Made by a program: the position numbers and the translations under genes
Origin: an uncultured bacterium
GTDB lineage: Bacteria; Auribacterota; Erginobacteria; Erginobacterales; Erginobacteraceae
Reading direction: 5' to 3'
Length of the DNA stretch: 64,000 bases
Assembly (NCBI GenBank): GCA_963822585.1
Contig: CAWGIE010000003.1
Coordinates: 1-64,000 of the forward strand
Notes under the pieces: model-generated
Databases searched by the model: none
What the model was told of the DNA's origin: nothing
Seen by the model: only the letters and a program-made list of their open reading frames with translations
Shown: positions 1 to 9,347 of the stretch, in pieces
Layout of the letters: each line of letters begins with the position of its first letter
How positions within the stretch are numbered: position 1 is the stretch's first letter

Positions 1-266
1 CGGTCGGTCTGGCCACGGTGGCTATCGCCGACGCCTTCAACAACATGGCAGCGGGGCTGGGATGGTCGTCTCTCGCCGCTGGTTTCATTGCCGCCATTAT
101 TCTGCTTTTCGGGCACACTCTTAACATGCTTCTGGGCGGGATGGCGATCCTGGTTCACGGCGTTCGTCTGAATGTACTGGAATTTTCCAGTCATCTGGGC
201 AATGAATGGTCGGGCCATGAATACAAACCTTTCAAGGGTAAAAAACCAAGCATGGTGAAAAAATAA
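1..266 (+). CDS. ntpI: V-type ATP synthase subunit I, C-terminal part (5' truncated by the window)
   Basis: Frame reads VGLATVAIADAFNNMA...GHTLNMLLGGMAILVHGVRLNVLEFSSHLG...YKPF, typical of the subunit I/a C-terminus; followed by subunit K. Confidence 0.9.
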   Translation, partial: VGLATVAIADAFNNMAAGLGWSSLAAGFIAAIILLFGHTLNMLLGGMAILVHGVRLNVLEFSSHLGNEWSGHEYKPFKGKKPSMVKK

Positions 267-280
267 GGAGGAGAAACGTA

Positions 281-736
281 ATGGAAGCAGGAAGCGTACT
301 GATGCAGTTTCAAGATCTCGGGTTTTCGGCGGTACTGGCCCTGTCCGCGATCGGCTCGGCCCTGGGAACGGGGATCGCCGGGATGGCGGCGGTTGGAGCC
401 TGGAAGAAGTGCTTCGCCCAGAACAAAGCGGCTCCCTTCATGCTGACTGTTTTTGTCGGCGCGCCGCTTTCGCAGACTATTTACGGGATGATCGTGATGA
501 ATACGCTGGCGGCCAAGGTCAGCGCGGGTACTTTCTGCTGGGGGACCGGTATTCTGGCCGGCCTGGCGATAGGAATGAGCGCGTTGATGCAGGGCAAAGC
601 CGGTGCCGGTGCCTCAGACGCCCTGGCCGAGACGGGAAAAGGTTTCGGAAATTATATCATGGTACTGGGAGTGATCGAGACGGTGGCCCTTTTTGTGATG
701 GTTTTTACGATGATGGCCGTCGCCAATATCAAATAA
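281..736 (+). CDS. ntpK: V-type ATP synthase subunit K (4-TM proteolipid)
   Basis: AGGAGG RBS; duplicated hairpin with PLSQTIYG and VIETVALF (ion-binding Glu). Confidence 0.92.
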   Translation: MEAGSVLMQFQDLGFSAVLALSAIGSALGTGIAGMAAVGAWKKCFAQNKAAPFMLTVFVGAPLSQTIYGMIVMNTLAAKVSAGTFCWGTGILAGLAIGMSALMQGKAGAGASDALAETGKGFGNYIMVLGVIETVALFVMVFTMMAVANIK

Positions 737-764
737 GCGCCTCCTCTCATCCGCAAACGACGAG

Positions 765-800
765 AAGAACACCCTGACTGTATAGTCAGGGTGTTCTTTC
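765..800 (+). terminator. Probable intrinsic terminator after the V-ATPase operon
   Basis: Perfect 15-bp inverted repeat aagaacaccctgact/agtcagggtgttctt just after the stop. Confidence 0.55.
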
Positions 801-825
801 ATTGTTCGGATCCCCGGGATCGATC

Positions 826-2469
826 ATGTCAGCAACAGCCGGAATCAAGGGAAGGGCGTTTTCTCCCGTCGCCGCCGCGGCTGTTATCGCGGGTCTGTTT
901 TTCTGTTATGCCCTAGTCACGCTCGATGACTTCGGGATAACCTGGGATGAACCCCTGCATTTTGAAATGGGGGATCTCTACCTGGACCGCATTCTCAGCC
1001 CGGATCGACCTCTGACCTTTTCGGATAGCGACTTCCGGGGTTCAATGCAGTATTACGGCCCCGTGTTTGACATCCTCGGGGCGGTCGACGCCCGCATTCT
1101 GACCAGAGCCATCCACCTCCTTCCGGAGGATAACGCCCGGCACATTCATCTGATATTTCTCTCCGCAGTAACGGTATTTTTTACCTATCTTCTGGTGGGA
1201 GAGGGGACCAGGCAACGGACGGCATTCTATTCCGTACTTTTCCTGATCGCCTTTCCCCGGTATGTCGGCCATTCGTTCAATAACCCGAAGGATATCCCGA
1301 TTACCTGTATTTTTGTCATCTCGATCTTTCTTTTCCATCGTCGACTGATAACGGGTAAAAAATTGTATAGTGTTCTCCTTTGCTTAACCGGGGGAATCGG
1401 ATTTGCGACCAGAATTCAATATATCCTTATCCCGATAGTAATAATATCGTCATATATAATATACATATGTATACGTAATAAAAATATGTCAGGAAGGTTT
1501 CACGCCCTATTCGCGATTTGGGACGTATATATAACGATTTTGATTACCATTCCATTGGGAATGTTGATCTGGCCTTATTTCTGGACTTCACCCGGGGAAA
1601 AATTAAAAAATTTGATAGATTTTTATTTTTACCATCGAACCCAGGCTCATCTGTTGATTCGATACCTGGGGAATGATTATGTTCCGGGCGTAAATCTTCC
1701 CTGGCATTACGCCCCCGTGATGCTCGCCATCACTACCCCCCTGCTGACTCTCGGATCGGCGGCGGCCGGTTTATTGGCGATCATCCTGTTCTTCATCAGA
1801 AAGCACCGATCAGGAAAAAGAACATTATTTTATATCATCATTATTTCCTGGGTCCTCATCGGCATGATCCCCTTCATGCTTCCCGGGCAGCGGGTATATG
1901 GAGGGATCAGGCATTTTCTTTTTATCACGCCCGCGCTCTGCATGATCGCGGGGATTGGTCTGAACGGGATAACGGTTCTGCTTGAAAAAAAAACCGGCAA
2001 ACGGGTATATATTTTGATTGGGGTCCTTTTTCTATTTTTATTTATCAATACCTATTCATTTCATCCTTATTTCACGGATTACTATAATGCTCTGGTCGGC
2101 GGTCCCCGGGGAGCTTTCACACGGTTTAATCTTGAGAACTGGGGGAATGCCTATAAAAAGGCTTGTCGCTGGATGAACAGCCATGCCCCGGAAGGTGCCG
2201 TCGTTTTGGTATTGACCGCTCCTCACATACCTCGATATTACCTGCGCCCGGATCTGAAGGTTATCAATCCCCGGGAAGCGTTAACCAGATTTGCGGCCTA
2301 TGATTACAGCATGTATATTATCCGGGATATCGATCTTTTACTTGATAAAACAAAATTACCGGTTTTCAGCATTTCAGTCGCAGGACAGCCGATCTGTAAT
2401 GTCCATCAATGGCGGGGAATGACCTTTACTGCGAACACACCATCCGATAAATCGGGAAAAAATAAATGA
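826..2469 (+). CDS. GT-C fold membrane glycosyltransferase (GT39/ArnT/PMT-like)
   Basis: N-terminal TM followed by GITWDEP acidic motif, many TMs, NPKDIP motif. Confidence 0.75.
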   Translation: MSATAGIKGRAFSPVAAAAVIAGLFFCYALVTLDDFGITWDEPLHFEMGDLYLDRILSPDRPLTFSDSDFRGSMQYYGPVFDILGAVDARILTRAIHLLPEDNARHIHLIFLSAVTVFFTYLLVGEGTRQRTAFYSVLFLIAFPRYVGHSFNNPKDIPITCIFVISIFLFHRRLITGKKLYSVLLCLTGGIGFATRIQYILIPIVIISSYIIYICIRNKNMSGRFHALFAIWDVYITILITIPLGMLIWPYFWTSPGEKLKNLIDFYFYHRTQAHLLIRYLGNDYVPGVNLPWHYAPVMLAITTPLLTLGSAAAGLLAIILFFIRKHRSGKRTLFYIIIISWVLIGMIPFMLPGQRVYGGIRHFLFITPALCMIAGIGLNGITVLLEKKTGKRVYILIGVLFLFLFINTYSFHPYFTDYYNALVGGPRGAFTRFNLENWGNAYKKACRWMNSHAPEGAVVLVLTAPHIPRYYLRPDLKVINPREALTRFAAYDYSMYIIRDIDLLLDKTKLPVFSISVAGQPICNVHQWRGMTFTANTPSDKSGKNK

Positions 2470-3305
2470 TGGCAACAAAAGGAGCGCTTTACATAGTGGC
2501 AACTCCGATCGGGAATCTGGAGGATATTACTCTCCGGGCGATCCGCGTATTGAAAGAGGCTGACTTAATCGCCGCCGAAGATACCCGGACGGCCAGGAAA
2601 CTGAAAGAGCGGTTTTCCATAACCACCCCCGCCACCAGTTATTATGATGCTCAAGAGAAAAGCAAGAGCGAGAAGATAATAAATAAGATCAAAGCCGGAC
2701 AGTCCGTGGCCCTGATCTCCGAAGCGGGGATGCCCGGTATCTCAGATCCGGGATACCGTCTGATCGAACGGGCAATAGAGGCCAAGATAAAGGTCATCCC
2801 TGTTCCGGGACCCACGGCGGCGCTTGCCGGCCTGGCTGTCTCCGGCCTGAGTTCGGACAGATTCGTGTTTGAAGGTTTTCTCCCCTCTTCGCCCACCGCG
2901 CGGAGGAAGAAACTCTGGCACCTTCGGGAAGAAGAACGAACCATCATCTTTTTTGAGTCTCCGCGCCGGCTGATCGCCGTGCTGAAGGAAATGAGGAGAC
3001 TCTTCGGCCCAAGAAGGGTGGCGGTGGCTCGGGAGTTGACAAAGAAATTTGAGGAAGTGCTCCGGGGAACGGCGGATGAAGTCCTGGAAACACTCACTTC
3101 CCGGCCGGCGGTAAAAGGGGAGATTGTCCTTTTGGTGGAGGGGAAAAAAGGGATCTCATCCGGATCTTCCCTCTCGGTATCGGAGCAAATCGAACAGACG
3201 ATGACCGAGCTTGGCGTATCCCGGATGGAGGCTATCAAGCTGACTGCCGCCCATAGAGGAGTCGCCAAGAGCGTCATCTACCGCAGCTATCATCAGGAAA
3301 GGTGA
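2466..3305 (+). CDS. rsmI: 16S rRNA (cytidine1402-2'-O)-methyltransferase
   Basis: LYIVATPIGNLEDITLRA, AAEDTR, SEAGMPGISDPG, RELTKKFEE motifs. Confidence 0.97.
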   Translation: MMATKGALYIVATPIGNLEDITLRAIRVLKEADLIAAEDTRTARKLKERFSITTPATSYYDAQEKSKSEKIINKIKAGQSVALISEAGMPGISDPGYRLIERAIEAKIKVIPVPGPTAALAGLAVSGLSSDRFVFEGFLPSSPTARRKKLWHLREEERTIIFFESPRRLIAVLKEMRRLFGPRRVAVARELTKKFEEVLRGTADEVLETLTSRPAVKGEIVLLVEGKKGISSGSSLSVSEQIEQTMTELGVSRMEAIKLTAAHRGVAKSVIYRSYHQER

Positions 3306-3353
3306 TACTCCTTTTATGCGATACTCTGAGCCGGTCCGAGTAACCCTGAAAAA

Positions 3354-3472
3354 GTCATTGCGATCCGCCTCGGGCGGAGAAGCAATCTCGATAATTATCA
3401 GCCCACTCTATCATCGAATGGAATGAGATTGCTTCGTCGCGCAGTCTACCCCGATTTGTCGGAGCTCCTCGC
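3354..3472. repeat. RPE/REP-like palindromic element containing a 15-nt hairpin (3364-3378)
   Basis: gtcattgcga...gaagcaatctc / gagattgcttcgtcgc...ctcctcgc inverted arms. Confidence 0.6.
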
Positions 3473-3747
3473 CAGCCCCCGATTTTAACCAGAATTACTA
3501 TAACTCAGACAGTTTCCTCGTTATACCCCGTCGCAAATGATTTTGAGCAGGAAATCCTTCATTCCCCGTGTCACCCCAGGGAATGAACAGAAGAACCTCC
3601 CGAAGTAAATCATGACCGGCCCTTGTCCCCCGGAGTTCTCATCTCCCCCTCCGAGAACGAGATCAGTCCTCTCCTTGCCATAATAGTCTGCGGCAATAGT
3701 TTTTTGTAGCAACCCAGATCACGCGCTCCTTGACGCCTTTTCCCCGG

Positions 3748-3790
3748 CTGACATTCTTTTTACAGACATTTTACAAGCTCCTGACAACTT
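3748..3790 (+). promoter_or_regulatory. Putative OmpR/PhoB-family operator, four half-sites at 11-bp period
   Basis: ctgaca 3748, tttaca 3759, tttaca 3770, ctgaca 3781; matching box at 9049-9090 on the minus strand. Confidence 0.65.
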
Positions 3791-3936
3791 CTTTCCCGGA
3801 CCGTCGTAGTTTATTCGCGGGGCCTGCAAAGAAAAAGGAGGTGAAAAGTCGAAACAAAAAGCCCCGGAAATAAACCTCGGTTGGAAGGAGAATCGGAGAA
3901 GCCGCGACGGCTCTCCGGAAAAAAAGGAGGAGAGAA

Positions 3937-4995
3937 GTGAAGAAGAAAACGATAACGGGTTGGATGTCAGGACTGCTGGGAGCGGTCCTGCTGAGCATGG
4001 CCGGTTCCGGGTGCGGTATGGAATCGGGAGCGGAGATCGAGTTCGCGCTCGACGATATAATCATTGGTCCGCCGGTTGCTTACCGGAACCTGACCATCTA
4101 TCCCCTGTTAACACGGAACCGGCACACCGCCGCCGATTATCTGACACTGGACCAGGCCATGGAGAGAGGGGTGATCACGGTGGCGGAAAAGAGCGGAGGT
4201 TCCGTTCACGAGGTCCTGATTACCAATCGGTCGAGCCTGCCGGTTTTTATCTTCGCCGGTGAGATCATCGCCGGCGCCCGGCAGGATCGGATCGTTCGCC
4301 AGGATACGCTGCTGGCACCCTGCGGAGGAAAGATGACGGTCTCCGTGTATTGCGTTGAGCGGGGTCGCTGGCAGGGTGCCGGAAACACCTTCACCCCCAG
4401 TTACTGTAACGCCGGAGCCACCCTGCGGAAGATCGCCCAGCTCGGGGTGAGCCAGGCGGAGGTATGGGAAGCCGTGGAGATAAAGAACCGGGAACAGGGA
4501 GTTGCCCCTCCGACCGGAACCCTGCGGGCAGTGTACACGAGCGATGAAAACAAGACACTCTTCGGAGATTATGAAAAAAGATTCGGGTGCCTCCCGGAAA
4601 TGGGGAGGGGAACAGTGGGCGTGGTGGTCTGCTCGGGCGAGAAGATCATCTGCGGGGATCTGTTCGCGGGCCCCGCTCTTTTCCGCGCCGAGTGGAAAAA
4701 GCTCCTCAAGTCATACATAACGGACGTGACGGGCGCCCCCGGTTACGGCGGACGGGTCGACCGGTGGCGGGTCGAAGATTTCCTGGCCCGATTCCGGTCA
4801 CCGGGTTCGGTGGAGCGGACGCGGGGGATATCGCTGGGTGATAATATCAAGCTCAGCTGCTCGGGGGGGGTGGGGGCTGGACTACTATACCGGGGGCGAC
4901 TGGTTCATATTTCCCTCTTTGCCGCCGAGGGAATTGAAAAATGCCATTACACGGGACGCGTACTTGGCTCAGGCGAACGGAGAAACCTGAGATAA
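3937..4995 (+). CDS. Exported DUF6569/ARPP-1-like domain protein (possible lipoprotein)
   Basis: AGGAGG RBS, GTG start, signal peptide ending GSGC; NLTIYP, YLTLDQA, GEIIAGARQDR, CVERGRW, SQAEVW motifs. Confidence 0.7.
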   Translation: MKKKTITGWMSGLLGAVLLSMAGSGCGMESGAEIEFALDDIIIGPPVAYRNLTIYPLLTRNRHTAADYLTLDQAMERGVITVAEKSGGSVHEVLITNRSSLPVFIFAGEIIAGARQDRIVRQDTLLAPCGGKMTVSVYCVERGRWQGAGNTFTPSYCNAGATLRKIAQLGVSQAEVWEAVEIKNREQGVAPPTGTLRAVYTSDENKTLFGDYEKRFGCLPEMGRGTVGVVVCSGEKIICGDLFAGPALFRAEWKKLLKSYITDVTGAPGYGGRVDRWRVEDFLARFRSPGSVERTRGISLGDNIKLSCSGGVGAGLLYRGRLVHISLFAAEGIEKCHYTGRVLGSGERRNLR

Positions 4996-5012
4996 AAGGA
5001 GACTGGGGAACG

Positions 5013-6211
5013 ATGAAGATAAATATAATGAGATTGATTCTGGACGCAGTAATGGCCGGAATAGTAACGTGCGCGCCGAGCGCGCCGGCCGGGATGGGAG
5101 CGATCGGACAAGTGCCGGTTGGAAGAGAAAGTGAAAAGTCCCACCCCCGGATAGAGGCCGTCTTTGTGCTCGACACCACCGGCTCGATGAGCGGGCTGAT
5201 CAACGCCGCCAAGGAAAAAATCTGGGCGATCGCCAGTACCCTGGGTCAGTCGGAACCGGCGCCGGAAATCAGGATCGGCCTGGTCGGTTACCGCGACCGG
5301 GGCGACGAATATATCACCCGGGTGACCCCCCTCTCCACGGACCTGGACCGGGTGTATTCTGACCTGATGGCCTATCGTGCCGCCGGCGGCGGGGACGGCC
5401 CGGAGAGCGTCAACCAGGCGCTCGCCGCGGCGGTGAACGACATCCGCTGGTCGTCCGACGTGAGCACCTACCGGGTCATCTTTCTGGTCGGGGATTACCC
5501 GCCCCACATGGACTACGAGAACGATGCCCGCTATCCAGAAACCTGCCGGAGCGCCGGGAGGCGGGGCATCATCATCAACACCGTCCAATGCGGGACCTAT
5601 GGTCCCACAACGCCGGTTTGGCGGGAAATCGCCTCCCTGGCGGGGGGGAGTTCTTCCGGGTCGAACAGTCGGGGGGGGCGATAGAGGCCGCGACACCGTA
5701 TGACGCGGAGCTGGGCCGCCTCTCGCGGGAACTGGACGCCACCCGTATTTTTTACGGGGATAGAGAAGCCGTCGCCGCCCAGGAAGAGCGGGTCGCGGTA
5801 GCGGAAAAAATCTACCGCGCGGCGCCGGCATCGGCTCTGGCCCAGCGGGCCGTCTTCAATGAGAGCGAATCGGGAGAATCCAATCTGCTGGGGAGCGCGG
5901 AGCTGGTTAACGACGTCGCCAACGGGAAAATAGATCTGGCCGGGATAGCGATTGAAAAACTGCCGGAAAAAATGAAGACGATGACAGCCGAGCAAAAGTC
6001 GGACTTGATTGACGAGAAAGCCCAACAACGAGCGGAAATTCAGGAGAAGATCCGGGATCTTTCGGAAAAACGGCAGCGGCATATTAAGGAGGAGGTTGTA
6101 AAGAAGGCGGGTGTCGGTGCCGAGCAGTCCCTCGATCACCAGATCTACTCGGCGGTCAAAAAGCAGGCGGCGGAAAAAGAGATCAGGATCGAGAAGGGAC
6201 CGGTGTATTAA
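5013..6211 (+). CDS. Exported von Willebrand A (MIDAS) protein, split by a 1-bp deletion in the G-tract at 5642-5648
   Basis: FVLDTTGSM MIDAS, GGGDGPESV, LVGDYPPH; adding one G gives continuous LAGGEFFRVEQSGG. Confidence 0.8.
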
Positions 6212-6218
6212 AAAAAAA

Positions 6219-6304
6219 GGAGTGATGGAGTATTGGAGTGATGGAGTAATGGGGCCAGCCAAGCCCCGTACATCACTCCAGTACTCCATCATTCCATCAC
6301 TCCA
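6219..6304. repeat. Family A palindrome built of 8-nt GGAGTGAT-like units (also 41436-41520, 44265-44362, 52311-52390, 58791-58870)
   Basis: Tandem ggagtgat/ggagtatt left arm and ccatcact/ccagtact right arm. Confidence 0.85.
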
Positions 6305-6347
6305 TTTTGACAATCAGTGAATATAGCCTCTGGGATTAGTCCTATCC

Positions 6348-7055
6348 TTAATCAGGCACAGCGATAAAACGATAGCCGACACCGTGGATGGTCAGGATAT
6401 GGCGGGGTTCGGCGGGATCATCCTCGATCTTCTTTCTCAGCTGAACGATGTGCTGATCGAGCGTCCGGGTGGTGCCCTCGTAACTCATCCCCCAGATCTC
6501 ATCCAGGAAGTCGAAGCGGTGGATCGCCTCTCCTGCCCGTTCGATCATGAAGCGAAGAATCTCGATCTCCCGGGGCGTCATCGGGAATGTTTCCTTCCCT
6601 TTTTTCCCGGTCAGGGTCCGAGGGTCGATCTCGACGCTGCCAAAACCGAACGGTGACCTGTCTTCCCGTTGTTTCCGGGGACGGACGTTGACCCGGCGGA
6701 TCGCCGCCCGGATCCGGGCCAGCAGTTCATCGGTCCCGAACGGCTTGACGATATAATCATCGGCCCCCAGTTCCAGTCCCACCACCTTGTCCACCTCCTG
6801 CCCCTTGGCGGTCAGGATCAGGATCGGGGTCGCGGGATCCCGGCTCCGGATCTCCCGGCAGACGTCATAGCCGCTTTTCTCCGGGATCATGATATCCAGG
6901 AGAATGATCCCGGGCGCTTCCGCGCGGTATTTCCGCAGGGCTCCCTCTCCGTTCGTGGCTTTCACCACCCGGTATCCTTCCCCTTCCAGAAGATCGGTAA
7001 GGCCGGCGAGGATGGTCGGTTCGTCCTCGACGACCAGTATCGTTATCGTCTTCAT
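6348..7055 (-). CDS. OmpR/PhoB-family response regulator
   Basis: VVEDE, LLDIMIP, GADDYIVKPF receiver; RTLDQHIVQLRKKIE...HGVGYRF winged helix. Confidence 0.95.
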   Translation of the reverse strand: MKTITILVVEDEPTILAGLTDLLEGEGYRVVKATNGEGALRKYRAEAPGIILLDIMIPEKSGYDVCREIRSRDPATPILILTAKGQEVDKVVGLELGADDYIVKPFGTDELLARIRAAIRRVNVRPRKQREDRSPFGFGSVEIDPRTLTGKKGKETFPMTPREIEILRFMIERAGEAIHRFDFLDEIWGMSYEGTTRTLDQHIVQLRKKIEDDPAEPRHILTIHGVGYRFIAVPD

Positions 7056-7057
7056 TA

Positions 7058-7097
7058 GATTGAATGTTGAGCGTTGGATGTTGAACGTTGAACGTTC
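7058..7097. repeat. Family D 7-nt tandem repeat (aacgttg/gacgttg-like; also 14151-14183 and 47600-47680)
   Basis: tgaatgttgagcgttggatgttgaacgttgaacgttc. Confidence 0.7.
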
Positions 7098-7148
7098 ATT
7101 CTTTTCGTTCGATGGTGGTCATTCAGCCTCTTCATAATGATTTGCTGT

Positions 7149-9017
7149 TTATAACAGCGGCAGCTCAAAAGAAAAACAACTTCCCCCTCCATCGCGGGAA
7201 CGGTAGGTCAGGTCGCCGTCATGTTCCCGCATGATCGAGCGAGCGATCGTCAGGCCGAGGCCGGTTCCCTTCACTCGCGTCGTCAACCGATCGTCGGCCC
7301 GGTAGAACTTGTTGAATATCTTCCGGGCAGCGCCTCGGGGCACACCGATCCCCCGGTCGCGGACCGTCACCATCGCCCGTTCCTTGTCCTTCGTGATATC
7401 GAGCTCGATCTCCTTTCGTATGTTCGAGTATTTTTCCGCGTTTGAGATCAGGTTGACCAGGACCTGTTCCAGCGCTTCGGGATCGGCCGATACCCGTACC
7501 GGCGTCTTCGGCGTCCGGGTCCGAACGGTAAATCCCCGCTCCTCCAGCCGGCCCGTCACCTTTTCCATTACCTGCCGCACGACTTCCGCCAGATCGATTT
7601 CCCGCTTATGGTAAATCTTATCGCCGCGCTCGATTAAGGAGAAATCAAGGACGGTATTTATCAGCCGGGAGAGACGCTTGCTCTCGGAAACGATCGTGTT
7701 CAGGTACTGCTGCTGTTTCTCCCGGCTGGGCTGCCTGCCTTTCGCGAGCATCTCGGCGAAGATCCGGATGGAAGTGAGGGGTGTTTTCAGTTCATGGGAG
7801 ACATTGGCGGCGAAAGTGGTCTTCTGCTGGGCCATCGCCATCTCCTGGCTGACCGACCGAAAGACAAGGAAGCCGCCGCCGAGAATGGCGATCAGGAGCA
7901 GGGAGATCAAGATCCCGGTAACCAGGGTCCGGAGACGGACCCGGTCGGCCACCCCCGCCGGATCGGCCAGATAGGCCGCCACTTCCCAGCGGGGAAGAAC
8001 TTCCCCGATCTCCCGGGAGAAAAAAGGCTTCTTCCAGTCCCGGGCTGTTTTTTCCGCCAGCGGGTCGAGAAGTGGCCGGCCGTTCTGATCGAGGACGGTG
8101 AGAAGCCTGGTTGAGGAATACGGTATCGGGAGCACGGAGAGGATCATCTCCGTGAATCTCTCCAGGTTAATCTGGCAGCCGGCGATCTCCCCGCCCGGCT
8201 CGATCCTTTTCCAGAAAAAAAGCTCCAGCTTTTTCCCGGTCAGCCGGGGGATAAAGCCGGTCGCGGCGCCGGAGGTGATTTGGGCGAAATCGAGCTGCGC
8301 GCCGACCAGAATTGATCTGTCCCGGCTCTTCTCTGCTCCCTCCTCCCGGCGGGGAAGGACATTCCTCCCCAGAACCTGCTTTTTCTCCTCTTCCGCCTGC
8401 TCGTAGAGCCGGTTCTGTTCGGTTTCATTGCCGCGGAAACGGGCTACGGCCATTTTCTCCTTCAGGCTCTGATTGCCCAGAGCCTTGCGGAGGTCAACCG
8501 CAGCCGGCATCTCCCCCGAATGAATCGACTTCCCGGCGGTAGGAGCGGCGGACGATTTTTCCGCCGCCGGAGCGGGAAGCAGCGCCACGTTCTGATAAGA
8601 CAGGATGGTGGTTTCCCCGGAGAGAAAACCCTGATTTGAGGCCAGAAAGGCGTTTTCTTCCGGCGAGATTTTCGCTTCGGCATCCGGCCAGAGAATGCGG
8701 TTGTCCCGGGAGATGAGAAACGGGAATTCGACCAGTTCCGATTTCTGCGGCCAGGCCCGGAGAATATCCCGGTAATTCTCCCCGTCATCGAACCGCAGGC
8801 TCTCGGCCAGATTTTTCCCGATCGCCGCGATCTGCGTCTGTATTGACTCGACGCAACCGTCAACCTCAACCCGGAGAGTGTCTTCGAGCCGCCCCTCCAG
8901 GTAACTCTCTTCATGCCGGAGCGCGCTCGCGGCGATTATTCCCAGGATTATTCCGGGAAGGAGAACCGCGGCGGCGAAACCTGCGATCAGCTTGATTGTC
9001 AGACGGTGATAGGTCAT
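7149..9017 (-). CDS. Membrane sensor histidine kinase
   Basis: Two TMs around a large extracytoplasmic domain; H-box VSHELKTPL, N-box NLISNAEKY, DRGIG, GTGLGL. Confidence 0.95.
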   Translation of the reverse strand: MTYHRLTIKLIAGFAAAVLLPGIILGIIAASALRHEESYLEGRLEDTLRVEVDGCVESIQTQIAAIGKNLAESLRFDDGENYRDILRAWPQKSELVEFPFLISRDNRILWPDAEAKISPEENAFLASNQGFLSGETTILSYQNVALLPAPAAEKSSAAPTAGKSIHSGEMPAAVDLRKALGNQSLKEKMAVARFRGNETEQNRLYEQAEEEKKQVLGRNVLPRREEGAEKSRDRSILVGAQLDFAQITSGAATGFIPRLTGKKLELFFWKRIEPGGEIAGCQINLERFTEMILSVLPIPYSSTRLLTVLDQNGRPLLDPLAEKTARDWKKPFFSREIGEVLPRWEVAAYLADPAGVADRVRLRTLVTGILISLLLIAILGGGFLVFRSVSQEMAMAQQKTTFAANVSHELKTPLTSIRIFAEMLAKGRQPSREKQQQYLNTIVSESKRLSRLINTVLDFSLIERGDKIYHKREIDLAEVVRQVMEKVTGRLEERGFTVRTRTPKTPVRVSADPEALEQVLVNLISNAEKYSNIRKEIELDITKDKERAMVTVRDRGIGVPRGAARKIFNKFYRADDRLTTRVKGTGLGLTIARSIMREHDGDLTYRSRDGGGSCFSFELPLL

Positions 9018-9048
9018 CCCGGTAAGTGTACACCTTTTAAGGGCTGGA

Positions 9049-9090
9049 AGTTGTCAGAAGAATGCAAAAAAGATGTAAAAATGAAGTCAA
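9049..9090 (-). promoter_or_regulatory. Putative autoregulatory OmpR/PhoB-type box upstream of the kinase
   Basis: Minus-strand ttgact, tttaca, tttgca, ctgaca(actt) at 11-bp spacing, matching 3748-3790. Confidence 0.6.
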
Positions 9091-9120
9091 TAAATTAGCT
9101 CGCTCCGCTCGCAAATTTAT
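9090..9120. repeat. Family E palindrome ATAAATTAGCTC...GAGCTAATTTAT (also 24093-24140, 27191-27234, 35555-35587, 57556-57587, 60256-60281)
   Basis: Conserved AT-rich termini with a variable GC-rich core in six or more copies. Confidence 0.8.
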
Positions 9121-9282
9121 GTAGTATCGTCCTTCACTTCGTGAAGGACTTGTAGTAGATGTAGTATCGCCTTGCCGGCGGCAAGGCTTGCTGAACCGCA
9201 AGCGAAGCGATCCTACAATTCCTACAAAGAATGCCGAAGCATTCTGATCCTGCGAGTCTTTCACGAAGTGAAGGACGATACC
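9121..9282. repeat. Family F composite palindromic element (related copy at 37002-37222, opposite orientation)
   Basis: Reverse complement matches gtatcgtc-[hairpin]-gact(t/c)gc.ggatcagaatgc.ttcggcattct...gtag.atcgcttcgcttg at 37005-37090. Confidence 0.75.
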
Positions 9283-9347
9283 GCACTCCTGAATTTCTCT
9301 TCCTTTGAAATTCCGAAGCAGTCAATAGGCGTGCCGCGTCCGCTCAT

